Assembly (NCBI GenBank): GCA_963827685.1
Contig: CAWHBU010000007.1
Location: forward strand, 177,129 to 241,128
DNA: 64,000 bases
Direction of reading: 5' to 3'
Origin: an uncultured delta proteobacterium
Lineage (GTDB): Bacteria > Desulfobacterota > BSN033 > UBA1163
Shown here: one piece after another, positions 20,097 to 29,540 of the stretch
Numbering within the stretch: position 1 is the stretch's first letter
How the letters are laid out: each line of letters opens with the position of its first letter
Translations under genes and position numbers: made by a program
Notes under the pieces: generated by a model
Databases searched by the model: none
Seen by the model: the letters and a program-made list of their open reading frames with translations, nothing else
What the model was told of the DNA's origin: nothing

Positions 20097-20631
20097 TATT
20101 AACGACCTTTGCTATTTTCAGATCCACCTGTATTCCGTCGAGAGGGTTTTTTAATGGGATGACACCAAGAGTGACTGCTTCTTTATAGAGAGCCTCCACA
20201 ATGTGGAAATTCCTCGCCGGGTCCACTTTTTCCTTTCTCAAAAAGTCATTCTCAAACTTTAGGAGCTCCCTTCGTTTGCGCACATCCTTACGCTTAACTC
20301 TATAAATGGCTTTGGCTTCGGCAACAACGGGTGGAGGCTGTTGTTTCTTACCTTGGATTTCCACATGAACGCTGGCTCCGAGGACATCTGCAACTCGGCG
20401 CAGCATGCTGAGAGAGTGACCTTTATACGAAGGTGATTCCAGACGGCTAATCTGCTGTTGAGATGTCCCAACCCGCTTAGCCAGTTCTTTCTGAGACAAC
20501 CCAGACTTTTTACGAAGGGAAACAAGTTGAATGGCAACGTCCCAAGCTTCGCCAGCCTTTATGAATTTCTGAGCAAAACCCGGATCTTTCAACCGTTCTT
20601 CAAGATAGAGGTCAAAATTAGTTTTCTTCAT
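20089..20631 (-). CDS. XRE HTH protein fused to an NTase-partner domain
   Basis: LRKKSGLSQKELAKRVGTSQQQISRLE HTH, then ...EALYKEAVTLG..PLKNPLDGI; overlaps NTase start. Confidence 0.75.
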   Translation of the reverse strand: MKKTNFDLYLEERLKDPGFAQKFIKAGEAWDVAIQLVSLRKKSGLSQKELAKRVGTSQQQISRLESPSYKGHSLSMLRRVADVLGASVHVEIQGKKQQPPPVVAEAKAIYRVKRKDVRKRRELLKFENDFLRKEKVDPARNFHIVEALYKEAVTLGVIPLKNPLDGIQVDLKIAKVVNSV

Positions 20632-20907
20632 ATCTGTATCGATAAATTCTACAGTGAATTCCATAAATAGTCAACATCAAATTTGATGTAATTAAATCCA
20701 CGCGGTGTCGACCCGGGGGTGCGTAGTTGAATTCTTTCACATATTTCACCTTTGACAGATCTCATCCGCCCTCACCTTTCACATACCAACATAACGCATA
20801 GAGCATAGCGCAAAGCGCAGAGGGCATAGCGTAAATTCTTTATCGTGAAGCGCGAGGCGTAAGTCGTAGAAGGGAAAGAATTTAAAAAGTCCAATTCCAA
20901 ACCTTGT

Positions 20908-21042
20908 TCAGCTAAGCCAGCGCTCAATCGACGTTTTCAAGAATTCCCCCACTGGAATTCCTTGCTCTCCGACCAAGAGTTGACGTTTTACCCGAAAGGC
21001 TTTCGAGAAGGCTTCCATCCCGAGAAGACGTCCCACCGTATA
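20908..21042 (-). pseudogene. C-terminal remnant of AAA+/DUF4143 ATPase (copy 2)
   Basis: GMEAFSKAFRVKRQLLVGEQGIPVGEFLKTSIERWLS*. Confidence 0.6.
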
Positions 21043-21437
21043 ACAAATTACTCAATATGCTGAGTATTATTACTCAACGTAATTAGTAAATTAAGCAACG
21101 GTTTTTTTCCAAAAAGAAGCATTCTCTATAGTGTATCCTCCTGCGTCCCGCTTTGCGGGACTACGGAGGACAGGTAGCGTCCGCCTTCGCCAAGGGGCTA
21201 CTGACAAACTCAACTCCATATTCTGAAATCAAAACCTGACGGGGTATGTTTTTAACACCGAATAGCCTGTATACTTCTACCTTCTATCGAACTTTTTCAA
21301 TTTAGTCAATCCCGCTCCAGATTCTTTACCCTTTGGGGCGCCTTTTTATTTCTAACTACCTCCTCTCTCAAACTGATCAAAAGAAGCCATGCCCTCCCTT
21401 GAAAACAGATCGTCCCGCATGTTACTTTTAGTGAGTC

Positions 21438-22694
21438 ATGAAACTGCGAGTGGGTGCCAATTGGGATATTGCATTCCTGGATGCAGTGAAAGGGACATCG
21501 GTGGATGCCCTCTTCGGCAAACTTCCTTTCGATATTGTCGGCGGGGCGAGACCCGGTTTTGTTCTTCCCCAGATCAAGCGAACGGATGTGGAAGCCTATA
21601 TCAAGGCTTGTCACGATCGAGGGTTGGAGTTTAGCTATCTCCTCAATGCTCCTTGCCTTGGAAACCTCCAGTATTCGAAAAAAGGCTATGGGCAGCTCGT
21701 CGAGCTTCTGGAATGGATTGACCGTGCTGGCGCCGATTCGGTCACGGTGGGTATGCCTTACCTTGTGGATCTGGCGAGAAAACGTTTTCCCCGCCTCAAA
21801 GTGAAAATCTCCACCACCGCCCGGGTCAATACGGTGAGAAAGGCCCTTCAATATGAAGACATGGGTGTGGAGGAAATTATCGTTGATGAGCACATCAACC
21901 GTGAGTTCAAAACCTTAGAGGCCATCCGGAAAACGGTAAAATGTAATTTGGAATTGATCCTCAATAATATCTGCCTCTGGCAATGCCCTTATAATTACGA
22001 ACACGTCAACCACGACGGCCATGCCTCGAGGGAAGGAGAAGAGGACGAGTATTGTTATCTTCAATATCCGGGTTATCTCTGCCTTTACAGAAAATTGATG
22101 GACCCGGTGGAGCTTCTGAAATCGCCTTGGATCAGGCCGGAGGATATTCCCCACTATGAGGCAATCGGTTACGATCACTTCAAAATCACAGAGCGCTTCA
22201 AACGCACCCCTCTTCTTCTCGAGCATGTCGTGGCCTATGAAAATCGCCGCTATGATGGAAACCTCTTAGATCTCTTCACCCTTCCCAGAAGGGGGGCGTT
22301 CACCCCCATTCATCTGGAATATTTTATCCAGCCGAAACATGTCAACATCATGAAGATCTCTGAACTGGAAAAGGTCTTCGACTTAGAGGTGAGGGAATTG
22401 ATTCAACTGGACAACCAGAAGCTAAAAGGTTTTATTGAGCATTTCAAGACGAAGGATTGTAATCAGACCTCTTGCTCAAGCTGCCGATATTGCGAAACCG
22501 TCTTCGAAAAAGTGGCGGTGGTGAAAAAAGAGGAAGTGGAGCGGGCGGCTCAAAAAGTGAGAAATTTTTCTGAAAAACTTGTTTCCGGAGAAATTTTTGA
22601 AATCCCGCGGTCTCATCTTTTTTTCCGCATCCCGTTGGCCAAACGGTTGCTGAAGTATCTTGTGAAGCGGCAACTCATCACAAGTCCAAAATGA
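21438..22694 (+). CDS. U32 'peptidase'-family Fe-S protein
   Basis: GGAR, YLLNAPCLGN, NICLWQCPY, LLKSPWIRPED, FKITER; C-terminal CNQTSCSSCRYC. Confidence 0.85.
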   Translation: MKLRVGANWDIAFLDAVKGTSVDALFGKLPFDIVGGARPGFVLPQIKRTDVEAYIKACHDRGLEFSYLLNAPCLGNLQYSKKGYGQLVELLEWIDRAGADSVTVGMPYLVDLARKRFPRLKVKISTTARVNTVRKALQYEDMGVEEIIVDEHINREFKTLEAIRKTVKCNLELILNNICLWQCPYNYEHVNHDGHASREGEEDEYCYLQYPGYLCLYRKLMDPVELLKSPWIRPEDIPHYEAIGYDHFKITERFKRTPLLLEHVVAYENRRYDGNLLDLFTLPRRGAFTPIHLEYFIQPKHVNIMKISELEKVFDLEVRELIQLDNQKLKGFIEHFKTKDCNQTSCSSCRYCETVFEKVAVVKKEEVERAAQKVRNFSEKLVSGEIFEIPRSHLFFRIPLAKRLLKYLVKRQLITSPK

Positions 22695-22764
22695 CAAATT
22701 CCAAAACATAAACGTCGAATGATTGGTGCGCCCCCATTTATTGGGGGCGAGACCGATCAGATCA

Positions 22765-22790
22765 AGGCAGGCATAGAGGCCTGCCCTACA
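22765..22790 (-). repeat. GTAG-type REP palindrome between convergent genes
   Basis: Reverse complement GTAGGGCAGGCCTCTATGCCTGCC. Confidence 0.55.
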
Positions 22791-22826
22791 AAAGAATAAT
22801 TGATGAAATGGGATGTGTGACTATTT

Positions 22827-23252
22827 TTAATTCACTGAAAATATTTTTGTCAGGTGGGTCAATTGAAGGGGGTGTTTCAACAAGCCTTCGATCTTGAGGT
22901 TCCCGCCAAGAAGCTTTTTCAGGATATCCCTTCCAGTTTTATCAAGATAGTTAGGAAGGCCCATAAAGATGTTAATGAGACTGAGAGCTAAGATCGCATC
23001 GTGATCAGCGATGATCTTTAGGTCAGCTTTTCCAACGACGCCACCGTATATCATCAGCTCCCCACCTCTGAAAGCAAGGGTGACTGTGATATCAATATCC
23101 CTCGCTACAATCACAACATTCGAATGGAGGGCCTCGAAGCTCGATAGTTTTTGAGGGTTCTGCTCCAGATTTTGACGAAGGAGGTTAAATAGCATCTCCG
23201 CAAGGCCCACATCCTTCGCGCCGTCATCGAGGATGATCACAGGTTTTATCAT
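22827..23252 (-). CDS. SCP2 sterol-carrier-like protein
   Basis: ADLKIIAD...LLGGNLKIEG..L SCP2-like C-terminus. Confidence 0.65.
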   Translation of the reverse strand: MIKPVIILDDGAKDVGLAEMLFNLLRQNLEQNPQKLSSFEALHSNVVIVARDIDITVTLAFRGGELMIYGGVVGKADLKIIADHDAILALSLINIFMGLPNYLDKTGRDILKKLLGGNLKIEGLLKHPLQLTHLTKIFSVN

Positions 23253-23261
23253 TTTGATTGC

Positions 23262-24428
23262 TCACCAGGCGTCCTGATAGACCTTGAGAACCTCAGACGA
23301 ATCGCAAATGAACTTTGGGTTATAGACAATAGCTCCATCAGAGAGAGCAATTTCAGAACATTCATTGAGTCCCTCTTGGGGAACTCCAACTTCCCTCAGT
23401 TTTTGAGGAAGACCTAACCTCTTGGTGAAATCTGTGATCGTGTCTGCCAGGACACATCCTGCCTCATCCTGTGAAACCCTTTCGATGTTTACACCCATAG
23501 CTGAAAGTATATTCAGATAAACATCACCGCACGCATCGGCATTGTATCTCAGGCATGGAGGAAGAAGAATGCTATTTGCCAGTCCATGGTGGACCTTGAA
23601 TTTTGCCCCGACAGTATGGGCCAGGGCATGAACGATTCCCACCTGGGCATTAGAAAATGCAATCCCTGCCATGTTTGCCGCAATAAGCATCTGTCCCCTG
23701 GCCATCATGTCCTTACCATTGTCGACAGCTTTGGGGAGAAACTCTTTAACGAGCCTGATGGCATGGAGAGCAATTCCATCAGCCATGGGTTCCCTCTGCA
23801 AAGAATGGACTGCTTCAATGGCGTGGCACATGGCATCCATTCCCGTTGCCGCGGTCAGTCCTGGAGGCAACCCTTCTGTTATTTTGGGATCGAGGATGGC
23901 CACGTTGGGAAGGATATTGTAATCACCGAAGAGCAGCTTCCTCCCCTGGTCATGATCCTTGATCACCGCTATATAAGTCACTTCGCTTCCGGTCCCTGCG
24001 GTCGTCGGAATCACGATATGGGGCGTCTGCGGTCTGCTGAGGACTTGAAATCCGGCATAGTCCTGAAGTTTTCCCCCTTCTTTCAAAAGGATGGCCATTC
24101 CCTTGGCTGTATCGATGGCACTCCCGCCGCCTACACTAACGAGACAATCCGCAGCCAATTCCTTTCCGACCTTCGCTCCCTGATTGACGATATGGAGACC
24201 GGAATCGGGTTCCACGTCTGAGAATATCCCTACACATAAGCTCCCCAGAGCCTTTTTTATCTTTTCCGGAATATTCGTATTTTTAACAAGATCTTTATCT
24301 GTAACGATAAGAACCTTCTTGCATTTAAGGTTCTCTGCTTCAATGGCCACTTCGAGAGCAGTATTTTCGCCGAAGACTATCTTGGTAGGACTCCAGAAAA
24401 CGAAATTGAGGTTGGCATCGTAGGGCAT
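23262..24428 (-). CDS. Iron-containing alcohol dehydrogenase
   Basis: GGGSAIDTAK, PTTAGTGSE, GMDAMCHAIE, HALAH, HHG. Confidence 0.93.
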   Translation of the reverse strand: MPYDANLNFVFWSPTKIVFGENTALEVAIEAENLKCKKVLIVTDKDLVKNTNIPEKIKKALGSLCVGIFSDVEPDSGLHIVNQGAKVGKELAADCLVSVGGGSAIDTAKGMAILLKEGGKLQDYAGFQVLSRPQTPHIVIPTTAGTGSEVTYIAVIKDHDQGRKLLFGDYNILPNVAILDPKITEGLPPGLTAATGMDAMCHAIEAVHSLQREPMADGIALHAIRLVKEFLPKAVDNGKDMMARGQMLIAANMAGIAFSNAQVGIVHALAHTVGAKFKVHHGLANSILLPPCLRYNADACGDVYLNILSAMGVNIERVSQDEAGCVLADTITDFTKRLGLPQKLREVGVPQEGLNECSEIALSDGAIVYNPKFICDSSEVLKVYQDAW

Positions 24429-24473
24429 TATTCGGTCCTCCTCTCCAACAGGTCGAAATTTTCTCTAGGGGGC

Positions 24474-24899
24474 TCATGACTCATCCAGGAATTTCGTCTC
24501 AATTCTGGTGGTGCATTCGACGAGTTCCTGGGAGGCCTTCACAAAGCGAACGATGGTTGGCAAATCTCCTTTTAACTTGAGTTTTCCTTGCATCATCCCT
24601 TTTACCGGCTCCAGCTCTTTCTTTATGACTTGTTTCCATCTGGCGTAATCGCCAATGATACAGAAAGGTGCCTTCTGGGCTTCTTCAAGACCAACTTTTT
24701 TTGCCTCCCTGCAAACCCCCTGATGGAGGTCGAGCCACATACCGAAGTCTTCGTTTATGCCGATTTCTGGCTTGGCTGAAATGACCAATGCCACGGGCCC
24801 GGCGGTCCAGGTGGCAGCCGCCTTTTTATAGCCCTCACTGAGGTTGATCTGTTTTTTGTATTCCTCTACCCACTCTTCGCTTGGAAATGTTAGGACCAT
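24474..24899 (-). CDS. SCP2 sterol-binding domain protein
   Basis: FPSEEW, LDLHQGVC, GDYARWKQVI..ELEPVKGMMQGKLKLKGD. Confidence 0.85.
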   Translation of the reverse strand: MVLTFPSEEWVEEYKKQINLSEGYKKAAATWTAGPVALVISAKPEIGINEDFGMWLDLHQGVCREAKKVGLEEAQKAPFCIIGDYARWKQVIKKELEPVKGMMQGKLKLKGDLPTIVRFVKASQELVECTTRIETKFLDES

Positions 24900-24930
24900 G
24901 ACATACCTCCTTCACTATGTGATTTACCTT

Positions 24931-26793
24931 TTACCCATGTAACTTCTTTGCCAACTCATCAAGCCCTGCCTTGATCAAAACCTCTTTCTTGGGTTTCCCA
25001 TCCCGGTCCAGGCCTCTGAGTTCATAATATTCTCTCAGTAATTTCTCGACATCAGGAACGGAACCGACCGCACTTCCCTCTTTCAACGGCATAAGAATTC
25101 TTTTGGGAAGCCTGTCGTCCTTGGCGCTCACCCCCATCATATTTCCAAGTCCTCTCTTCAAAAGCCATGTCCTTTCTCCGCAAGAAAGAAGATCTTTCAA
25201 TGTAAAATCGAATCCAGTCGTCACCCGTACTATCTCTGCCAGCTCATTCGCTGAATACGTCCATGCGACGTATTCGCAGATCGCCAGGGAGTTACAGGGA
25301 AGGCCAAGGTCTTCGCAAAGTATTACCATCTCGGCTTTCCCTTCGCTTGTTTGACCTATATAATTTTCTTGAAAGCCGGCTTCTAGATAGGTACTGATCC
25401 CCTGTTCTACGCCGAGACTGAGGTGCATGAGGTGACAACCCCCTCTAATGGATGTCATGTAAGCGAGACCCATGCCGTGGAAACCCCGTGGATCATGCAT
25501 TGGAACCTCTAACCCTTTCACCTCAACGCTGAATTCCTCTGCACCTCTACCCAACTTCTTGGCTGCTTCCCTCGTCCCCTCTGACAGAACTGCTCCAATC
25601 CCCTCTCTCTTAGCTATCTGGTGGAGCAACTCGATAGTCCCGGCCATATTCCCCCACGTGAGTTCAATCCCGCCCGTATCCTTTTTGGTGATCAGTCCCT
25701 TCTCAAAGGCTTCCATGGCAAAGGCAACCGTAGCCCCGCAACTGATGGTGTCCATGCCGTATCGATTGCACCACTCATTGGCCTTGATCACCCCCGCAAG
25801 ATCATAGTTCATGACCAGAGTCCCGAAGGTGCAACAGGTCTCGTATTCAGGCCCCGGCCCCTCGTCAGTCTTGAAAGGTCCATCATCAACCTTGACCATC
25901 CTTTTGCAAGCAATCGGGCAAAAAGAGCAAGCATGATTTTTCGTGAGATACTTTTCGGTCAGCGAGGGGCCACCGAGATTCGCGGAGAGCTCAAAGTCTT
26001 CCCCGACCATCCAGTTTTTTATGGGAACATCGCCCGTCATCATACCCAGATCCATTCCGGCATCTGATCCCATAGATCGAAGAGACTGGGCGACCATCGC
26101 ATTGCGGGACTTTTCGATTAAAAGCTTTCTCAGAGTGGCATATTCCTCCGGATGAGAGATCTCTACTTTTTGGGTGCCCTTAACAACAATGGCCTTCAAT
26201 CTCTTTGAGCCCATCAAGGCACCCATCCCTGTTCTTCCGATGAAATCTCCCTTGTCGTTACAGATCGCTGCGAACTTGACCAGATTTTCTCCAGCCGGAC
26301 CGATCGATAGAACCTTTGACCTTTTCTCCTTCCCATGCCGTTCCTTGAGCAAATCGGTAAGGGTGTAGTTATCCATACCCCAGAGATCACGTGCATCCCT
26401 GAGTTCAACCTTATCATCCTCGATGCTGAGATAAACGGGCTTGGGTGACATTCCTTTAAAGATGATCCCGTCAATTCCGGCGAACTTCAGCTCCGGTCCA
26501 AAATTGCCGCCGCATGTCCCCTCCCCCCAGATTCCTGTCAGAGGAGACTTCCCACAAACGGCGAACCTCGATGTCCCTGGGAACTGCGTTCCTACGACAG
26601 GGCCGGTCATGACAATGAGGGGATTTTCAGACGACAATGGATCAACCCCGGGATCGAAGGAATCAAAGAAGATTTTGGCTGCCAATCCGCTTCCACCTAC
26701 AAATTTCTTCTGATCATCTTCTTTGATTGATCTGGTTTCGATTTTCCCAGAGCTGAGATCGATCTCCAATATCTTCTCCCTATATCCTCCCAC
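24931..26793 (-). CDS. aor: Aldehyde:ferredoxin oxidoreductase (W/Mo-pterin)
   Basis: KSPLTG, SIGPAGE, GRTGMGALMGSK, CxxCPIAC, PEYET, GMDTIS, DDRLPKR; GTG start with AAGGAG. Confidence 0.92.
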   Translation of the reverse strand: MGGYREKILEIDLSSGKIETRSIKEDDQKKFVGGSGLAAKIFFDSFDPGVDPLSSENPLIVMTGPVVGTQFPGTSRFAVCGKSPLTGIWGEGTCGGNFGPELKFAGIDGIIFKGMSPKPVYLSIEDDKVELRDARDLWGMDNYTLTDLLKERHGKEKRSKVLSIGPAGENLVKFAAICNDKGDFIGRTGMGALMGSKRLKAIVVKGTQKVEISHPEEYATLRKLLIEKSRNAMVAQSLRSMGSDAGMDLGMMTGDVPIKNWMVGEDFELSANLGGPSLTEKYLTKNHACSFCPIACKRMVKVDDGPFKTDEGPGPEYETCCTFGTLVMNYDLAGVIKANEWCNRYGMDTISCGATVAFAMEAFEKGLITKKDTGGIELTWGNMAGTIELLHQIAKREGIGAVLSEGTREAAKKLGRGAEEFSVEVKGLEVPMHDPRGFHGMGLAYMTSIRGGCHLMHLSLGVEQGISTYLEAGFQENYIGQTSEGKAEMVILCEDLGLPCNSLAICEYVAWTYSANELAEIVRVTTGFDFTLKDLLSCGERTWLLKRGLGNMMGVSAKDDRLPKRILMPLKEGSAVGSVPDVEKLLREYYELRGLDRDGKPKKEVLIKAGLDELAKKLHG

Positions 26794-26908
26794 AAAGCAT
26801 CTCCTTTCTCTAACAAAAAAAGGGATACATCCCATTTTATAATTCGATTTTTATACGGTTGCCCTTATAATCCTTGTCCTCCAACAAAAATGGTATATGT
26901 CCCTTTTT

Positions 26909-27472
26909 TTAGCGGCCATACTTACCGGTGATGGAGGCCGAACCAATCACCTTGCCCTCGATCGCCTTTTTAAAGGCCGAAAGAGAAGTATCTGCTCCGA
27001 GATCGAGCTTCTCCACATTGAGCGCATAAAGGGTCACCACATACGGATGGTCACCTGTTCCCTTGGGAGGTTGTGGCCCACCATACCCAACATCTCCGAA
27101 AGAGTTTTTCAGCTCAACAGATCCCTTGGGTATTTTCCTTTGGGAGGCCCCTTCCTCGACAGTGGTCACTTGTGGCGGAATATTAATGACCAGCCAGTGC
27201 ACCCAATTTTGAGCAACCGGGTGTGGGTCGACGATTGCGAGACAAAAAGATTTGGTTCCCGCAGGACCATTCTTCCACGCCAAAGGGAATGAAATATTCT
27301 TCCCTCCTGCTCCTGGCATGACATACTGGATCGGAATTTTCTCTCCATCCTTGAATGCAGAAGATGAGATTTCCATGGTTTCGCCTCCTAAAGCATCTTG
27401 TTGGACAACCCACAAAGAGACAACAATAGCTAACAATAAAATGCAATCTCGAAAGATTCTTCGGTCTATCAT
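26909..27472 (-). CDS. YbhB/YbcL (PEBP) family protein, signal peptide
   Basis: ISSSAF, DPHP...WVHW, YGGPQPPKG..HPY..TLYAL. Confidence 0.9.
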   Translation of the reverse strand: MIDRRIFRDCILLLAIVVSLWVVQQDALGGETMEISSSAFKDGEKIPIQYVMPGAGGKNISFPLAWKNGPAGTKSFCLAIVDPHPVAQNWVHWLVINIPPQVTTVEEGASQRKIPKGSVELKNSFGDVGYGGPQPPKGTGDHPYVVTLYALNVEKLDLGADTSLSAFKKAIEGKVIGSASITGKYGR

Positions 27473-27545
27473 ATCCGCTCTCCTCTTAGGGTTGTTTCCA
27501 TTTTACCTGGAAATCGCTTGACCGGTCAATGATATTCTTTGGGGA

Positions 27546-28975
27546 TGTCAAGCCAAAATAGAAATGTCCTCTTCTTACCAAAATAGAAATGTCCTATTCT
27601 TCAGATTTGAGATTCTAAGAGTTTTTCTCTGTTATAGGGATGTTTCCTAATCTTGAACTTCCTCCAAGGATGATCAGCCGGAGGAATGTAAGTCTTCCTC
27701 CTTCTCACAATAGCCGGCTGTTTCTTCTCTCTTAGTGGTCTCTCAGTGATCTCTTTAAATCTCAAAGCTCGACCTTTATGGGTCATGACCATTGATCCGT
27801 CGATTCGATCCTGAACCATCACCTTGGAGGCCTTGATCGTATCCTCAACCTGATAGAGCTTCCTGTTATGAGCCACCGTAAAGTCATTTCTCAGTGCTCG
27901 CTCTGTCTTAATGCATAAGATCGCATCCAGATCCACCCCCTTAGGTAAGGGCCTGTGGAAATCGTCTTTCTCCTGGGGCCAAACAGAGAACCTCTTGTTA
28001 TAGAGAGGAAGATATTCCTCTAAGAACTGATTGCCTTCCTCAATCGTCCTGATCCCTCTTAAACGCATCTCCTTGACCAGCCTGTCCTGAAGGGTCCGAA
28101 AGAGTCGTTCAATCCGCCCCTTGGCCTGCGGCGAATGGGCATGACTGACCTCTACCCCCAACTCTTTTAAGGCCCTCTCAAACTCACTTAACGGCCCCAC
28201 GTCATTTAACTCGTCCTCGATCGTTGGCTTGGCCGTCGACTTATAGGTCGAATGCTTATCCAAATACACCTTCATCGGTAAACCGTTTTTCTTGATATAA
28301 CGCTTGAAGCTATCCATCGCCGGGATCGTCCCCTCATACTCATAGAACCTCCCAAAGGCTTCCCCGGTAGCATCGTCAATATAGCTCATCAGAACACAGG
28401 GGCCACCTCTGTCCTCAAACCAAGCGTGATGGGACCCGTCCATCTGTACCATCTCGCCGTAATGATGCTTCCGCTCCCTCCACTGACGATGCCTCCCTCT
28501 CTTGCGGCTCTTCTTCCAATCCCCCGCCTCGATGAGCCACCTCCGTAAGGTCTCATCACTGATCTCTATCCTACCCCTTTCCAGAAGCTTCTCCGAGGCC
28601 AGGGTCGGCCCAAAACCCTTGTACTGTGCCCGGTAAAGTCGGATCACCCTGTCCTTAATCTTATAGGGTATCCTCCGGTTTGATGGCCTCCCTCTCGATT
28701 TGTGTATGACTCCCCTGTTCCCTTCATTCCTGATCCGCTTCACGATCCTCCGAATTTGCCTACCACTCAAGGAAAGAATCTCTGCTGCCTCTACCCGCTT
28801 GATGACCCTCTCCAGGACCTTCTGGATGACATGTAACCGCTTTAACTCTCCCTGACGTACCATGATCATGTCCTCTCCTGCCATCATGCCCTCCTCTGAA
28901 AAAGGGCATCTTAGCATGTCGAAAAGAGGACATTTCTAAATTGGTCAATTAGGACATTATCATTTTGGGATTACA
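27546..28975 (-). mobile_element. IS1202-type (ISNCY) insertion sequence
   Basis: TGT...ACA ends, repeated AAATGTCCT/AGGACATT sub-terminal sites, 16-bp TSD TGATATTCTTTGGGGA (27530-27545, 28976-28991). Confidence 0.9.
27601..28887 (-). CDS. IS1202/ISNCY DDE transposase
   Basis: GEMVQMDGS.H.W, IDDAT, YLDKHS, SPQAKGRIER..RTLQDRL, PPADHPWR. Confidence 0.9.
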   Translation of the reverse strand: MMAGEDMIMVRQGELKRLHVIQKVLERVIKRVEAAEILSLSGRQIRRIVKRIRNEGNRGVIHKSRGRPSNRRIPYKIKDRVIRLYRAQYKGFGPTLASEKLLERGRIEISDETLRRWLIEAGDWKKSRKRGRHRQWRERKHHYGEMVQMDGSHHAWFEDRGGPCVLMSYIDDATGEAFGRFYEYEGTIPAMDSFKRYIKKNGLPMKVYLDKHSTYKSTAKPTIEDELNDVGPLSEFERALKELGVEVSHAHSPQAKGRIERLFRTLQDRLVKEMRLRGIRTIEEGNQFLEEYLPLYNKRFSVWPQEKDDFHRPLPKGVDLDAILCIKTERALRNDFTVAHNRKLYQVEDTIKASKVMVQDRIDGSMVMTHKGRALRFKEITERPLREKKQPAIVRRRKTYIPPADHPWRKFKIRKHPYNREKLLESQI

Positions 28976-29292
28976 TGATATTCTTTGGGGATATTCTTTG
29001 GGGTTCTAAAAACTCTAACCACCGAAAATGGAGTCGCGGAGGGTTCCGTGGAACTCCATGAAAATTCTCCGACAACTTGCATTATATTTAAGGAAGGGGG
29101 GAAGCGACCTCGAAGGAATGACCTGATCAGGAGCCTTTTCCGCGGGGGAATGTTTCCTCCTACGGGGGAATATTTCTCAAGGATTATTAGTGTTCAAGTG
29201 AGGGTGTGATTCATTGATATTTGAACAGAAAATTATTGGGTTGGCTACTTCTTATCTTATAGCAGAAGTTAGAAGATCAATTTACGGAGAAA

Positions 29293-29423
29293 GTGAAGCT
29301 CCCCGCCCACAGGGCGGGGCTTCCCGGCAAGGTAATTTCATTTTATATTGTGCCCCTTCCTGCCTGCCGGTAGGCAGGGACCCCGCCTACAAGGCGGGGC
29401 TTGCGGGGCACGTTCCGGCCAAC
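29293..29423. repeat. Palindromic non-autonomous element (IS200/IS605-like ends)
   Basis: Two CCCCGCC.AC..GGCGGGG hairpins with nested CCTGCCTGCCGGTAGGCAGG; related copy at 42581-42693. Confidence 0.65.
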
Positions 29424-29540
29424 TATTGTTTAAGATACGATCATCTCTTAAAATAGGGGGGCGAGGCAGGCCTCATTTAACCCAAAGGGTTATTAATAAA
29501 ATTTGTGACATTCTGAAAGAAGTCTGATAGAATTTGTTTA

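Larger units (their letters stand above)
18055..21095. repeat. ~270-bp direct repeat (18055-18316 plus 19424-19433 / 20824-21095)
   Basis: Near-identical with 2769-bp offset; first copy interrupted by IS630. Confidence 0.9.
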
